In this document: one piece after another, positions 50,548 through 64,000 of the stretch
Position numbering within the stretch: position 1 is the first letter of the stretch
How the letters are laid out: the number at the start of each line of letters is the position of its first letter
Assembly: GCA_951406725.2 (NCBI GenBank)
Contig: OX597833.1
Span: 47,926,001-47,990,000, forward strand
Source of the DNA: Octopus vulgaris
Lineage: Eukaryota
Reading direction: 5' to 3'
Length of the DNA: 64,000 nucleotides
Program-made: the position numbers and the translations under genes
Notes under the pieces: model-generated
What the model was told of the DNA's origin: nothing
What the model saw: the letters and a program-made list of their open reading frames with translations, nothing else
Database searches by the model: none

Positions 50548-53500
50548 TTAAAAAGTTAACGTTATCATGGCTCTGTTTAGGTACAGTAAAGATAATTTTG
50601 TGTACTTTGTATTTGTCTAGCCTCAGATCAACACTGACTAAACAGACTTATTATGAAAGATATGCCATTTGTGATAACCCTGTTCCTTTCTCCCCGCCCC
50701 CTTTTTTTGTAGGCATAGTGCATCTAGGATTAAACCAACTGGTATACAGAAGTGTGTAGAATGATCACAAGATGTCAAGCAAAGACTCAGAATTTGGTCT
50801 CACAACAAAAAATAACATAAACCGCTCTGAAGAGTGGATTTAGAAAAATTAAGAATAAACTTTAGTTCAAAGAATAGGTTTCACTAAGAGAAGTGATCAA
50901 TATAAAAATTCAAATCGATATACCCTTATACTACAGAATATCAAAAATATTTAGAGAATTTCAAATTTATATTTGGTCACAATAACAGACATTCTTTTAT
51001 GCAAAGGAGAAAAGAAAAGGACACCTGTGTTACAGGAAATGTCATTGAGCCAACGAGGAACCCTGATCTAATCTGCAAGAAATACTGACCAAATCTACCT
51101 CAAAATCCCACTCCAGCTTCAGAAAGGGAAATTCCTTTTAGAAAAAATTTCTACTATGCCAAAACCATATTTCATCAGCAAAATTTTATCTTGTTGCAGA
51201 TCTTTAAAAATTGATATTTGAAATATTGCAACTTTAGGTGTGTCTCTATTTTGAGTGTTATTTTATTTAATAGTGAATTTGATTAAAGATGCAGATTTTG
51301 TTCCAAATTATTTGGTAAATGAAGAGAGGTGGTAGTGATTTGGCAGCATTATCAGAGCATCAAACAGTGTTTTAAGTTGCAGCTCTGTATGTATGTAAGT
51401 AAGGATGAAGACAACGCCAACCATACTGAGATCAATTTTGCCTTTGATAAAATGGTACATGTTATTAATCCTTTTCTGATCACATTTCAGTTGAAATACA
51501 CTGCCTTTGTCATAATTAATTTTGAAAATAATCAAGAATTCAAAAGAAAAAAATAACTTTGTTGTTAACTTGTGTTTGCAATATAAATTAACATGAAGTT
51601 TGTAACATAGGGCCAAGGGCAATTTTAGGCAGGCTGGTATAAAAAAGGGGTCAACTGGAGTAAATAAATATATTTGACTGTTCCCGCCCCTTACATTTCT
51701 GAACTTGTACCTATTTTGAAAAATCAATATTTTTCATATAATCCACATGGAAATATAAGAAAACTATACTAATAAAACTGCTTAATTTTATTAATTAAAT
51801 ATTGTAAAGCTTCAAAATAATCTTTTAATCAGAAGTCTGGTGCAGTCTTCTGTCTGGCCAGCTCCTGTCAAACTGTCCAACCCATGCCAGCATGGAAGGT
51901 GGGTGTTAAATGATGATGATGAAGATGAATAGTGTGTCAGTATTTTCTCAAGATTGTTGATATACAGCAATGAGCAGTTTCATATTTTAGTCCATTAGTT
52001 AAATAATATTCAATTTTAGTTTTAGTCATTTATTTAAAAATCTACCTCTTCATCATCATTTAACGTCTGCTTTCCATGCTAGCATGGGTTGGACGGTTTG
52101 ACCGGGGATCTGGGAAGCCAAAAGGCTGCACCAGGCTCCAGTCTGATCTGGCAGTGTTTCTACAGCTGGATGCCCTTCCTAACGCCAACCACTCCGTGAG
52201 TGTAGTGGGTGCTTTTTACTTGCCAGGCGAGGCTGGCAATGGCCACGATCGGATTGGTGCTTTTTACATGCCACCAGCATGGAAGCCAGTCAAGGTGGCG
52301 CTGGCATCGGCCACGTTCGGATGGTGCTTTTTATGTGCCACCGGCATGGAAGCCAAATAATTTTATTGCATAAAACATTAAGGGGTGAGGTGGCAGATTT
52401 GTTACCACACTGAACAAAATGCTAAGTGATATTTCTCTGGCCCTTTACATTCTGAGTTCAAATGCCACCGAGGTTGATTTTTGCCCCCCACTTTTTTTTG
52501 TCAATAAAATAAGTACCAGTGGAGCACTGGGGGTTGGTGTAATCAACAAACCCCCACCATTTCCTAAAGTTACAGGCCTTGTGCTTTTAATAGAATTATG
52601 TAAACATCCTATATTACAACACACACACACAACATGACTGACATGAGAAAAACAAAATTTCCATAACATACTTGAAATCATAAATTTAATTTTAATTTAA
52701 GAAAACTGTTTTGTGGAAGTTCAATTTGGAATTGGTTCTTTGACATTTCATTGAAAAGTAGCGGAGCTTAACGAAGATAACAAATGTTTGAGAAAACAAA
52801 TTGCTTGCCTACTGCCTTCAGGTCCCAAATACACTATTTCTTAGCATTCAGGTTTCCATATTGATTGAAATCTGTTGAAGGTGTCTGCCCTACAATATTT
52901 CATCATTCATCACAAATCATTTGTCACTTCATTAAGAGTTTTTAGAAAATGTCACACCTAATTTATTCGATATGCTGTGAGATTTGATTAATGATACTGA
53001 TCCAGTTTTTCCATAATGTTTTGTACTATGCTCCATAGTTTATTTAATTTAATAGAATATAGTTGTTTAGAAACAATTTCCATGAGGATTTTATTTGTTA
53101 ACTAATTAAGCTTGACTCTTTTGTTATTCCTTCAAATATTTTCAAGCCCATCAGTTTAATCCTATTGAGGGTCAAACCTGCCTCAAACAACCCCTGGTGC
53201 TTTGATACAAACTTCCTTTTTCAATGTAATCTAAATTAAAATTTTCCATCAAAATGTTCAGGTTAATTTATGCTCCACACACCAGTTTAATAACACCAAA
53301 ATTATTTTAATAAATTCTTCATAATTTTCAAAATTAATTGAAAGGCAAGGTATTTCAACAGAAATATGGTAACAAAAACAGTTAAGGCCTATAATTATTC
53401 CTCTCTCCTTAACAGTCATAGTAGCGATATACAACGTTATTTCTCTACCAGTCATTAAAAGACAAAATAATGATAACAGAGATCAGTATAAAAAATAACA

Positions 53501-53715
53501 AATATACAATTTTATCATGAAGAATTTATTCCACTGTTAATTCTTCTCCTATACATCTGCACTCATAAGCAACAGTTAATATAAGATTAATACTAAACCA
53601 TTATATATATATCTCATTTAATGCACAGCAAATTAGAATCTATTCAATCTATTTAATTAAATGTTAATTCCCAAATTGTTTTCTACATAATTATTGCTGG
53701 TGGAACCAAAATTAC

Positions 53716-53718
53716 ATA

Positions 53719-53767
<49 letters not shown>

Positions 53768-53962
53768 CATATATACATACACACATATATATACACATAT
53801 ACATATATACATACACACATATACATACACACATACATATATACATACACACATACATATATACATACACACATACATATATACATACACACATATACAT
53901 ATATACATACACACATATACATACATACATACACACATATACATATATATATATATATATAT
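53716..53962. repeat. (TA)/(CA) compound microsatellite
   Basis: Direct inspection. Confidence 0.95.
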
Positions 53963-54669
53963 GGTAGTTTTCTTCAAATGTTATATGTAGGAAAGTCTGT
54001 ATTCTGCAAACTTAAACCATTGATTTTTATGTCAAGCATACAAGCACATAATTTTCCGCTGGACAGTTTACTCTCAGACTTGATCATCAATACAACCATA
54101 ATCTACAGCCTATTCAGTCCCGACAAGACAGTTCTCATAACTTTTCAAAACCCTTGCTGCATGGGCGCATGCTGATTCATTTTCATTTCAATCAGTTAAC
54201 GTTCGGTGGTTACCTGGATGGACTGACAATATATTTTCTGAGGTCATTCTGCATTTGTTCAAGCATGTTTTACGAGAGAAGCATATTGATATGACTCATC
54301 GCTGAGGGAATAAGAACCATTTATAAAGTAATTCTAAATGAAAATCTGCATCTTAAATCAAATCCGCTGCTAAACAAAAATATTCAAACTAGATCTAAAA
54401 TAAATAAATAAGTAAGTAAGTAAACAAATAATAATAATGACTAATGCCTCGATATCTCAAATAACTATTTTTAAGAATTTACCAAGAATATACAGCATAG
54501 ATATTTATAATGATTTTGGTTTCAGCAGCAGTAACCATGTCAATAGCAATTAGAGAATCATTAGCAATTAATTAAATATATCGAATAGATTCTAATTTAC
54601 TTTGTGATATAATGGTTAAGTAATCAGTAACTTTTAGCATAGCAGAAAAGTCTTGTAAAAGGAACTACA

Positions 54670-54708
<39 letters not shown>

Positions 54709-55652
54709 AAATCTAAATTCTTTATATTTAGATACTTGGAGCAAAGTAATTGAGAAATTTTATTTCCCAAAGCAAATTACTGTAGACTGAATTTAAAACA
54801 GATGCAAATAGAATGTTCCATCCAAATTGTTAGGGAAAAATAAAGCCACTATTATAAGAAATGGAATGTCTAGATCTAGTTGGTATTGACAGTTTTCTGA
54901 AAATATTGGTGCAAATAGCAGTGTTCAAAATACACGAGAGACTGTGTGGATAGTAAGCATTGCTATCATCAAGTAAAAAAAATGAAAGAAAAAAAATATC
55001 ATAAAGAGCTAAGATGAGTTTCTAAAATCCATGAATGAGTACATGATGTTGCATAAATAATGAATCTCCCTCTAGACACAACATCGATCTATTGTCAGGA
55101 TTATTCCGAGATTTTTCTATTTACTTTTCACAGCCGAATTGGGAAAGATAGAATGAAATACACTTTGCCAAGTCTTTATTCCCCCAAAATGCAAACCTCC
55201 CAAGATTCCTCTTTACCGTTGCCTTTCTTACAAATATTGATCTATACATATATAAATGCTGAAACTGAATATCATCCCCATCACTGGTTTGAGAGAACCT
55301 ACAAAGAACATGGGTTTTGCCCGTCTCTGAATTAATATATATATATATATATGGCACAATGGCCTAATGGTTAGGGCAGTGGACTCATGGTCGGAGGATT
55401 ACTGTTTCGATTCCCAGACCGGGCATTGTGTGTGTTTATTGAGCGAAAACTCTGTGAGGTTCCAGCAGGGGGTGGTGGCGACCCCTGTTGTACTCTTTCG
55501 CCCCAACTTTCTCTCACTCTTTCTTCCTGTTTCTTGAGTAATACTGTGATGGACTGGCGTCCCGTCCAGCTGGGAGTAACACATACGCCACAGAAACCAG
55601 GAAACCGGACCTATGAGCCTGGCTAGGCTTGAAAAGGGCACATAAATAAATA

Positions 55653-55692
<40 letters not shown>

Positions 55693-56352
55693 ATGACAGC
55701 AGTTATATGCAATATAAAACTAAAAAAGAGAAATTCAGTTGTCACTAACTGTGATTGAGTGTGCTGGGCAGCACCTATATTGCTAGAAATAAGAGTTAGA
55801 AACCCTTATAGCCACAAGAAAGCACATTTTCATATATTGACAGGGGAGATAACTGCCCCACAGCGAAGCTAGATCACTATACTAGACTAGTTTGCCTGAA
55901 AATTACAATTTATATATATATATATATGAAACTCAGTCACTTTACCTCTACTGCTTTTATTGACAATAAAATTATTTTCACTCCATACAAACATTGCATA
56001 AATGCAATGCTTTTTAATTAACTGTTAGAAAAATCTATGAAGAGGTTTATCAAAGAATAAATCAAATATAATCTGATACATGGGAATATATGCATGTAAA
56101 CTGGGGGAAAAAATGTGTACATGCAATTGTTCTGAGTTGATACAAGAAAAGGGATGACTTTTTTTAGTATAGGAGAGAGAGAGAGAGTTGGAAAAGTGTT
56201 CTGAATGATCCTTTAATGGCATTGGTGCAAGAGCAGAACTTGAAAAGAGCCTTAGAAAGTAAAAGAACTGGTAAGGAGATGATAACAAGGAAAATTATGA
56301 AGTCATATTTCAACGTTCTATGGAGAGACTACAAAATCAGTTGTTAATAATT

Positions 56353-56715
56353 TCTATATATAAAGCTGAAGTTGTCTGTGTATAGCAGGTTTGGTAGCCT
56401 TCAACTAACACTATCTTCTCCGAGACCAAAATTGAGAGTATGATAGAAGAAGGCTTGCTCTTCATTCCGTAGAAGATAAAATTCAAATTGGACCATGTTA
56501 ACATCAAAAATTATTTACATCAAAAAGGTGCTTTTTTTCTATGAAAATCCCTATTTTTAAGTTTTTTTGTCTGCTGTGTCACCATTTTTCGGTGTATTTC
56601 AACCAGAAAAATGTTCACTTCAAGCTACAAAATGCAAAATTTTTAATTTTCAAAAATTCCAATTCTAAAGGGTCGGAGGGAAACAAACCTAAGCAATGCT
56701 GGGCGATACTGCTAG
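56353..56715 (+). mobile_element. Non-autonomous Helitron-like element
   Basis: 5' TC, 3' CTAG preceded by a GC-rich subterminal motif, followed by T; same family on - at 8284 and 24058. Confidence 0.7.
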
Positions 56716-57983
56716 TAATTTCTATTTGTAAACCAATGATATTTTGCCACCAAAAAGTGAACCAAACTTAATCATCAGCATAAATATATTATGGTAGAAG
56801 GTGGTAGGCTGGCAGAATCGTTACTCTACTGGGCAAAATGCTTGGCAGCATTTCTTCTGGCTTTACAATCTAAGTTTAAAATACAACAGAGATCAACTTT
56901 GCCAATCATACTTTCAAGGTTGATAAATAAGTACCAGTTGATGACTGGAGTCAATGTAATTGACTCACCCCGCCCCCCAAAAAATTTTCCTGGCCTTGTA
57001 CCAAAAAAAAAAAAAGAAGCAATTTCATTTATATCATGTAATAAATCTTTTTCTAAATTCCAGACACATTACATACATCACTTGACAAAACGGTTGCTGT
57101 TTCCAAGAATGCGAGAGAAAAAAGGTGGGGTGCAGTCTGATATTGAAACTTAAGACGTTTCCTATGACTTACAAGATATACAAAGTTAAACTTGCATGAA
57201 AGACCAAGCATTTATGACATTAGCAGAAGGAAGTACTGTTGGGAAAGGAGAGACAAGTGCAAGGCTACATAATTGTAACAAGAACGGTCAATGCCTGTCC
57301 CCTACACACACACACCGTCAAATTGACAGCAAATGCAGAAAGATGCAAGACATGGTGAGGTCAAATCTGGAAATGTAGAGCCTTACAAGGTACCATAGAG
57401 GCTCGGGCCATGTTAAAGAAGGAAGAAGATATGGGATAATTTATTCCCTGTTGCATGGTCATGGCTGGAGAGTTCAAGAGATCTACTCAGTTAAGGATGA
57501 CTTGTGACTAAATTAGCACAAATCCAGTTCATAAGAAGAGGTCTGATATTAAAATAAAATTACAGTAAATGCTGCTGAAAAATATCTTCATACATAAGAC
57601 ATTAATATTGATCTGCCTTTAGCATCTAAACCAACTGCCAGGCTCAAATATTCTACTTGTTTTATGATCAAATCAGCCGGATCTGGCCTCTCATACCGAT
57701 TCTACAATGTCATTCTAAAAATAAGCAATCATATTTATGAAACCTCAAAGCTATGAGATAATGCATGATAAATCCAAAATAATGAATAAATGTGCATTGT
57801 GTTTGACAGAGTATAATCTGAACATTAAAGGATTAAGTCTGTAAAATTGTTAATGAATGGGAAAAATGAATAATTAGATAAACTTAATCTAGTCAATTAA
57901 AATTCAAATATTCCTGAAAATTTCAAGTGTGTAGCTTTATTTAAAAAAAAAATTCATCTGTTTGATTTCTTTTTTCTTTTTTT

Positions 57984-58187
57984 CTTTTACTTGTTTCAGT
58001 CATTTGACTGTGGCTATGCTGGAGCACCACCTTTAGTCGAGCAAATCAACCCAGGGACTTATTCTTTGTAAGCCCAATACTTATTCTATCGGTCTCTTTT
58101 TGCCGAACCGCTAAGTAACAGGGACGTAAACACACCAGCATCGGTTGTCAAGCAATGCTAGGGGGACAAACACAGACACACAAACAT

Positions 58188-58221
<34 letters not shown>

Positions 58222-58392
58222 ATATATACGACAGGCCTCTTTCAGTTTCCGTCTACCAAATCCACTCACAAGGCATTGGTCGGCCCGGGGCTATAGCAGA
58301 AGACACTTGCCCAAGATGCCACGCAGTGGGACTGAACCCGGAACCATGTGGTTGGTTAGCAAGCTACTTACCACACAGCCACTCCTGCGCCT
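57984..58392 (-). mobile_element. SINE family 1
   Basis: Matches family consensus; further minus-strand copies at 59562-59959, 60945-61334, 62232-62602 and 63950-64000. Confidence 0.85.
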
Positions 58393-59227
58393 ATTTATTT
58401 TTATTTATTTCTAATTAATTAGAAAACTTGTACAACAAAAAGAAAAGACGAAGCCTATATCATTTGTATTTAACCATTTCCTCGACTTTTTTAAAACCAT
58501 TTTTCTTATTAAATATTCCTGTCTTGGTTTCAATTAATTTTGACAATAATGAAAAATTCAGTAAGAGATAACTTTGCCATCATTAAGCTGGTGTTTGAGA
58601 GATAACATGAAATGCTGACGAAAGCCTTTAATTTAGATAACCTTAAAACAGGAAGTTGGTGTCACAGAATCAGGGTTAGTCTCAGACAGGATGGGATCTA
58701 AAAGGTTAATGAACAGAAGGCTTCCTTGAGTCTCTTTTATTTCAGCTACATTGTGATACATATATAATTTGACTTGACTTCAAAACAAAATTTTTTTTAA
58801 AGGAGATACTTGAAACTGGTTTATAGTTTTATATGACAATTTATGGCTTCTAACAATAGTTTAATAACTTGATAAAAGTTTGTAGGGCAACACATATAAA
58901 TCAACATACAAATTCGGTCAAAACAGAATTATCATTATGCTTTTCTTCTTTCTATAAATTTTTGTCCGCTTCTTTTCTTTGTCTTTTACTTGTTTCAGTC
59001 ATTAGACTGCAGCCATTCTGGTGGGGGTGCTGCCTTGAAGGACTTTTAGTCAAACAAATCAAACCCAGTACTCTTTTTTTTTTTTTTTTTTTTTTTTTGA
59101 AGCCTGGTTTTATTCTACTAGTCTCTTTTCGCTCAACTGCTAATTTATGGGGACGTAACCATACCAACACCAGTTGTCAAGCAGTGGTGGGGGCAAAACA
59201 CAGACACAAACATCTATCTATCTAGAA

Positions 59228-59429
59228 CAGTGGTTTTCAACCAGGGTTCCACCAGTACAGTCCAGGGGTTCCGCAAGAAGTTACAAAACTGCTAAAATCG
59301 ACAGTAATTTTTAATTCTCCTGTGCAGATATGTGTGCATAAGACTATTAAATTATTGCACAGGGGTTCCTCGAGCCAGTGGAATGTTTCCTTGGGGTTCC
59401 GCTCCAGCAAAAATGTTGAAAAAGCACTG
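59228..59429. mobile_element. hAT-like MITE inside a SINE
   Basis: TIR cagtggttttcaac / gttgaaaaagcactg; 8-bp target duplication atctagaa / atctagac. Confidence 0.65.
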
Positions 59430-62400
59430 ATCTAGACACACACACACTTGGCAAGCTTCTAAGGCTTTGGTCAGCTTGAGGCTATATACGACACATTGGG
59501 ACTGAACCCAGAACCATGTGGTTGGGAAGCAAACTTCTTACCACACAGCCACACCTGCATTTACTCTTTTACTTGTTTCAGCCATTTGACTGCGGCCATG
59601 CTGGAGCACCGCCTTTAGTCGAGCAAATCGACCCCGGGACTTATTCTTTGTAAGCCCAGTACTTATTCCATCGGTCTTTTTTGCCGAACCGCTAAGTGAC
59701 GGGGACGTAAACACACCAGTATCGGTTGTCAAGCAATGCTAGAGGGACAAACACAGACACACAAACACACACACACACACATATATATATATACATATAT
59801 ACGACAGGCTTCTTTCAGTTTCCGTCAACCAAATCCACTCACAAGGCTTTGGTCGGCCCGAGGCTATAGCAGAAGACACTTGCCCAAGATGCCACGCAGT
59901 GGGACTGAATCCGGAACCATGTGGTTGGTTAGCAAGCTACTTACCACACAGCTACTCCTTTGTTTAAATCTTTTAGATAAATACTTTTTACCTTAACTGT
60001 AAATGTCTAAGAAATGCACAGCCAGCAAGTTTATCACTAACATTTTACAACTGAGATATTGGCAAGTTAGTTGAAGATTCAGTTATAATTAACAATAACA
60101 GATTAACCCCTTTGACACTAACTGACCTGAGACCACCCCTGGCTCTAGGATACAAAGTTCCTGTTTTTAAAATGACCTTAATAAAGACTTCCAATTAAAA
60201 TTTCATGTTAATTTATGTTTCAAAACCAGCTTAATAACAGTCTCAAATTTTGGTACAAGGCCAGCAATTTTATAGAAGAGAGTAAGTCAATTAGATTAAC
60301 CCCAGCGCTCAACTGGTACTTACTTTATCAATCCTGAAAGGATGAAAGACAAATTAGACCTTGGTGGAATTTGAACTCTGTACATACAGATGGACAAAAT
60401 ACCACTAAGCATTTTGCCCAGCATGGTAACAATTCTGCCAGCTCACTGTCTTAACCTTTTCATTACCGTTTTTATTTTGAGATGCTCTGTGTTTCTTTCA
60501 ATTGATTTTAAATATAACAAAGAATTTAGTAAGATAACTTAGTTATCATTAAGCTAGTGTTAGGAACATAAACTGTGACTAAGGTTTGGTGGAAGATTTT
60601 AATTCAAAACTTATGAAAACAAGACATTTGTACAACAGAGCCAGAGGCGGTTTCAGTCGGGTTGGTAACGAAAGGGTTAAACCAGCTTGATGATGATAAA
60701 ATTATATGAATAAATTCTTAATTATTTTCAAAATTAATTGAAACAAAGGTAGTGTCTCCACAGAAATATGGCAGTAAAAAGGTTAAGGGAAATAGTAGAA
60801 TCAATAAACAGCACAGAGTAAAAGATACATATTGATTACTTGAATAAATAAAAGATCGAACAATATGCACTGAGTGATTATAGACTAATCCTCTTAAGTT
60901 AGACATTTTGTGTAAAATCCAAAAATTGCTAGCAATTTTAATTTTACTCTTTTACTTGTTTCAGTCATTTGACTGCGGCCATGCTGGAGCACCGCCTTTT
61001 AGTCGAGCAAATCGACCCCGGGACTTATTCTTTGTAAGCCCAGTACTTATTCTATTGGTCTCTTTTGCCGAACCGCTAAGTTACGGGGACGTAAACACAC
61101 CAGCATCGGTTGTCAAGCAATGCTAGGGGGACAAACACAGACACACAAACACACATATACATACATATATACGACAGGCTTCTTTCAGTTTCCGTCTACC
61201 AAATCCACTCACAAGGTATTGGTCGGCCCGGGGCTATAGCAGAAGACACTTGCCCAAGATGCCACGCAGTGGGACTGAACCCGGAACCATGTGGTTGGTT
61301 AGCAAGCTACTTACCACACAGCCACTCCTGCGCCTTTTTTTTTTTTATCCTGTGAAGTTTGGATTTCAATTTGAGTTGAAATATTTTTTTCATTTTACTT
61401 TCTACGGTCTTTTGTTTCAAATGCAGGCAATTTAATAGACCCCACGTACTTGATAGTATTTCACCAATGTTGGGTGGATGGCAGGCAAAGTCAACATTGG
61501 CAGGAACTGAACTCAGGAACATGAAAGTAATCTTAACAGCAAAGCTGCAGAGAAAAAAAACGCCCTCACCAAAGAACCCCCCCCCCCAAAAAAAAACCTA
61601 CCGGATGCTGATATTAAGAAAAAAAAATAATAGAAAACTTACAAGGTAACATGAAACTAGATTCAGGTGAGTTTGTCAAGAGAGATAAATAAATAAACCA
61701 ATTCTAAAATAGACATGATATCCCATTCTGAAAGGCTCATTAAAAAACGAGAGTCTAGCAATTATAACCCATATGCCTCCTGCCTGTAAAATAATAAAAA
61801 AAATAAAGTGACAAGCTCCCAGCCATCTGTATCTATGACCCAGATTTGATTCCCAGTCAGTAACTATTTCACTTGACTAATTCCTCCCAATTTCCTCACC
61901 CACTGATATTGATAGAGGCTCACCTAACTTGCTATCATAAATATTCTTGCTTACACAGAATAGTCGAGGTCAAATGCATTTGCTCCATATATTTTACCTA
62001 ATATTATCCAATACTTATTTAGTTACAGGAGCTCCGTTTGTTGACCAAGTTGACCCTTAGGTCACCATATTTCAATTGAAATACACCCCCATTATTTTAT
62101 TATTTCAATTAATTTTGGAAATAATGAAAATATATAGTAAAATAACTTTGCTGTTATTAAACTGACATTTGAAACACAAATTAGCAGGAAATTTTGAAGG
62201 GAATTTTTTACTTATTCTTCTATTCTTTTTATTCTTTTACTTCTTTCAGTCATTTGACTGTGGCCATGCTGGAGCACCGCCTTTAGTCGAGCAAATCGAC
62301 CCCGGGACTTATTCTTTGTAAGCCTGGCACTTATTCTATCGGTCTCTTTTGCCGAACAGCTAAGTGATGGGGACGTAAACACACCAGCATCGGTTGTCAA

Positions 62401-63489
62401 GCAACGCTAGGGGGACAAACACAGACATACAAACACACACACATATACGACAGGCTTCTTTCAGTTTCCATCTACCAAATCCACTCACAAGGCATTGGTC
62501 AACCCAAGGCTATAGCAGAAGACACTTGTCCAAGATGCCACACAGTGGGACTGAACCCGGAACCATGTGGTTGGTTAGCAAGCTACTTACCACACAGCCA
62601 CTGCTGGATCACTTAAAAAAAAAAAAAAAAGCTTGTACTCTAGAATCAAGGGCTGTCATGGGTTAAATATGAACACACGACAAATCAATAGCTAACAATG
62701 AACTAACTAGATTTATTCCTTACATGAAAAAAGTGAATTTTTCTTAATTTAAATAATTCACTAAACTACATCAGTAAAGGTGAAGTTACTTTCTTGAGTC
62801 ATGGCAGTTCATAAGGGCTGGTTTCCCAGTTTCATGGCATATGAATTCCCCACCTGGACAAGACGCCGGTCTGTTGCAGGATTACTCATTTTTGCCAGCT
62901 GAGTAGACTGGGGCAATGTGAAATGAAATGTTTTGCTCAAGAACACAATGCATCGCCTGGTACAGGAATTGTAACCACAATCTTATAATTGTGAGTCCAA
63001 CACCCTAACCACTAAGCTATGTTCCTCCACAAACTACATCAATAGCACTAACTATTTACTTATTAAAGCCCTTCACTCCCTAAAGAGCATGGACCCTCAA
63101 TGACCTTTCTCCAATGTTCTCAACTCTGGATTGTCTTTTCTGCTTTCTCCTAGATTATGTTCGTTTTGAATTGTCATTAATGCTTCTGTAACTCTGCCTT
63201 TTTACTAGGTAGGGGTGTTGGCCTTACATAAGTGCATTTTTACCTCAGGGAAGAGGTGGTCCATGTTAGACAAGCCTCTATCCTTTGACCTGTCTAGCAT
63301 GGCAAACCCTACTATAAGCTCCTGCTCTACAGCCACAGCTCTCAGGGTTACTAAGACACACAAGTCACCACCACACTACAACAAGGACTGGATTTTATGG
63401 CATGCCAACAGCACTGACACTAGAACCTATTTATCGAATTTAATAAATAATTTCAAAAATATCTTCTTCTTCCTCAGCTATCTGTCGTA

Positions 63490-63900
63490 GGTCGATGTTG
63501 GCTGTTCTTGTTCAGAAATCATCTCTATCGGGCTCACATGTGTCCTACAAGGCCTACTCTTGATTTGCAGCAACGATGCCATCCGTTGCAGGTGAAGCTA
63601 CTTGATGTAATTGAGAAATGATGCCTCTCATGTGCTCTTTCATATTCTCCCTGTTCTTTCTCCTCAATGGCTGAAATTACAAGCTTCAGCTATCAGTGTC
63701 ATTTACTGCACTGCAGGGCCTTTGCCTCCCAAGCATCTGGGGACATACTGGAGTTCTTCATATGTCTCTTCAGCACATCTCTGTATCACAACTTCTGGCC
63801 ACCATGGCTCCAACTACTCTGATGCAGTTCAACATAGAAAATTGCCTTTGGAAGCTAGCCACCCTCCATCCTGCAAACATGTCCCATCCAGCACAAAAAT
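63490..63900 (-). mobile_element. Degenerate RTE LINE C-terminal fragment
   Basis: Minus strand reads LCWMGHVCRMEGG*LPKAIFY..GGQKL*YRDVLK and a decayed terminal Cys/His motif. Confidence 0.65.
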
Positions 63901-64000
63901 ATGCACACTAGTTGTAATCATTGATTTAATATAGTCACTGAAGAAATTTACTCTTTTACTTGTTTCAGTCATTTGACTGCGGCCATGCTGGAGCACCGCC

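Noticed and set aside
51308-51727. 139-aa minus-strand ORF as a possible Vang upstream exon
   Set aside because: Made of decayed SINE/MITE sequence, and the Vang CDS already starts at 48130.

Overview
AT-rich, repeat-dense metazoan genomic DNA. The SINE families and (TA)n/(TG)n load suggest a cephalopod, probably Octopus (inferred, not verified). Two convergently transcribed Wnt-pathway genes can be spliced by eye. (1) The 3' part of a DIXDC1/Dixin (Ccd1) orthologue lies on + (coiled-coil exons from 1519, C-terminal DIX domain, stop at 26904); it includes a tandemly duplicated 21-nt microexon. (2) A complete Van Gogh/Strabismus (Vang/Vangl) CDS lies on - in two coding exons (48130-46927 and 45485-45058; 543 aa, ending ETSV). 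The rest is intron, UTR or intergenic DNA filled with three tRNA-SINE families, RTE-clade LINE pieces (one young 5'-truncated copy with a PHD finger and a single stop), mariner/piggyBac/hAT/Helitron remnants, fold-back elements carrying degenerate minimal hammerhead-ribozyme motifs, and very long microsatellites. Most short ORFs in the track are repeat artefacts. I see no clearly new biological system. The best leads are the hammerhead-bearing fold-back elements, the duplicated microexon, and the altered polymerisation surface of the DIX domain.
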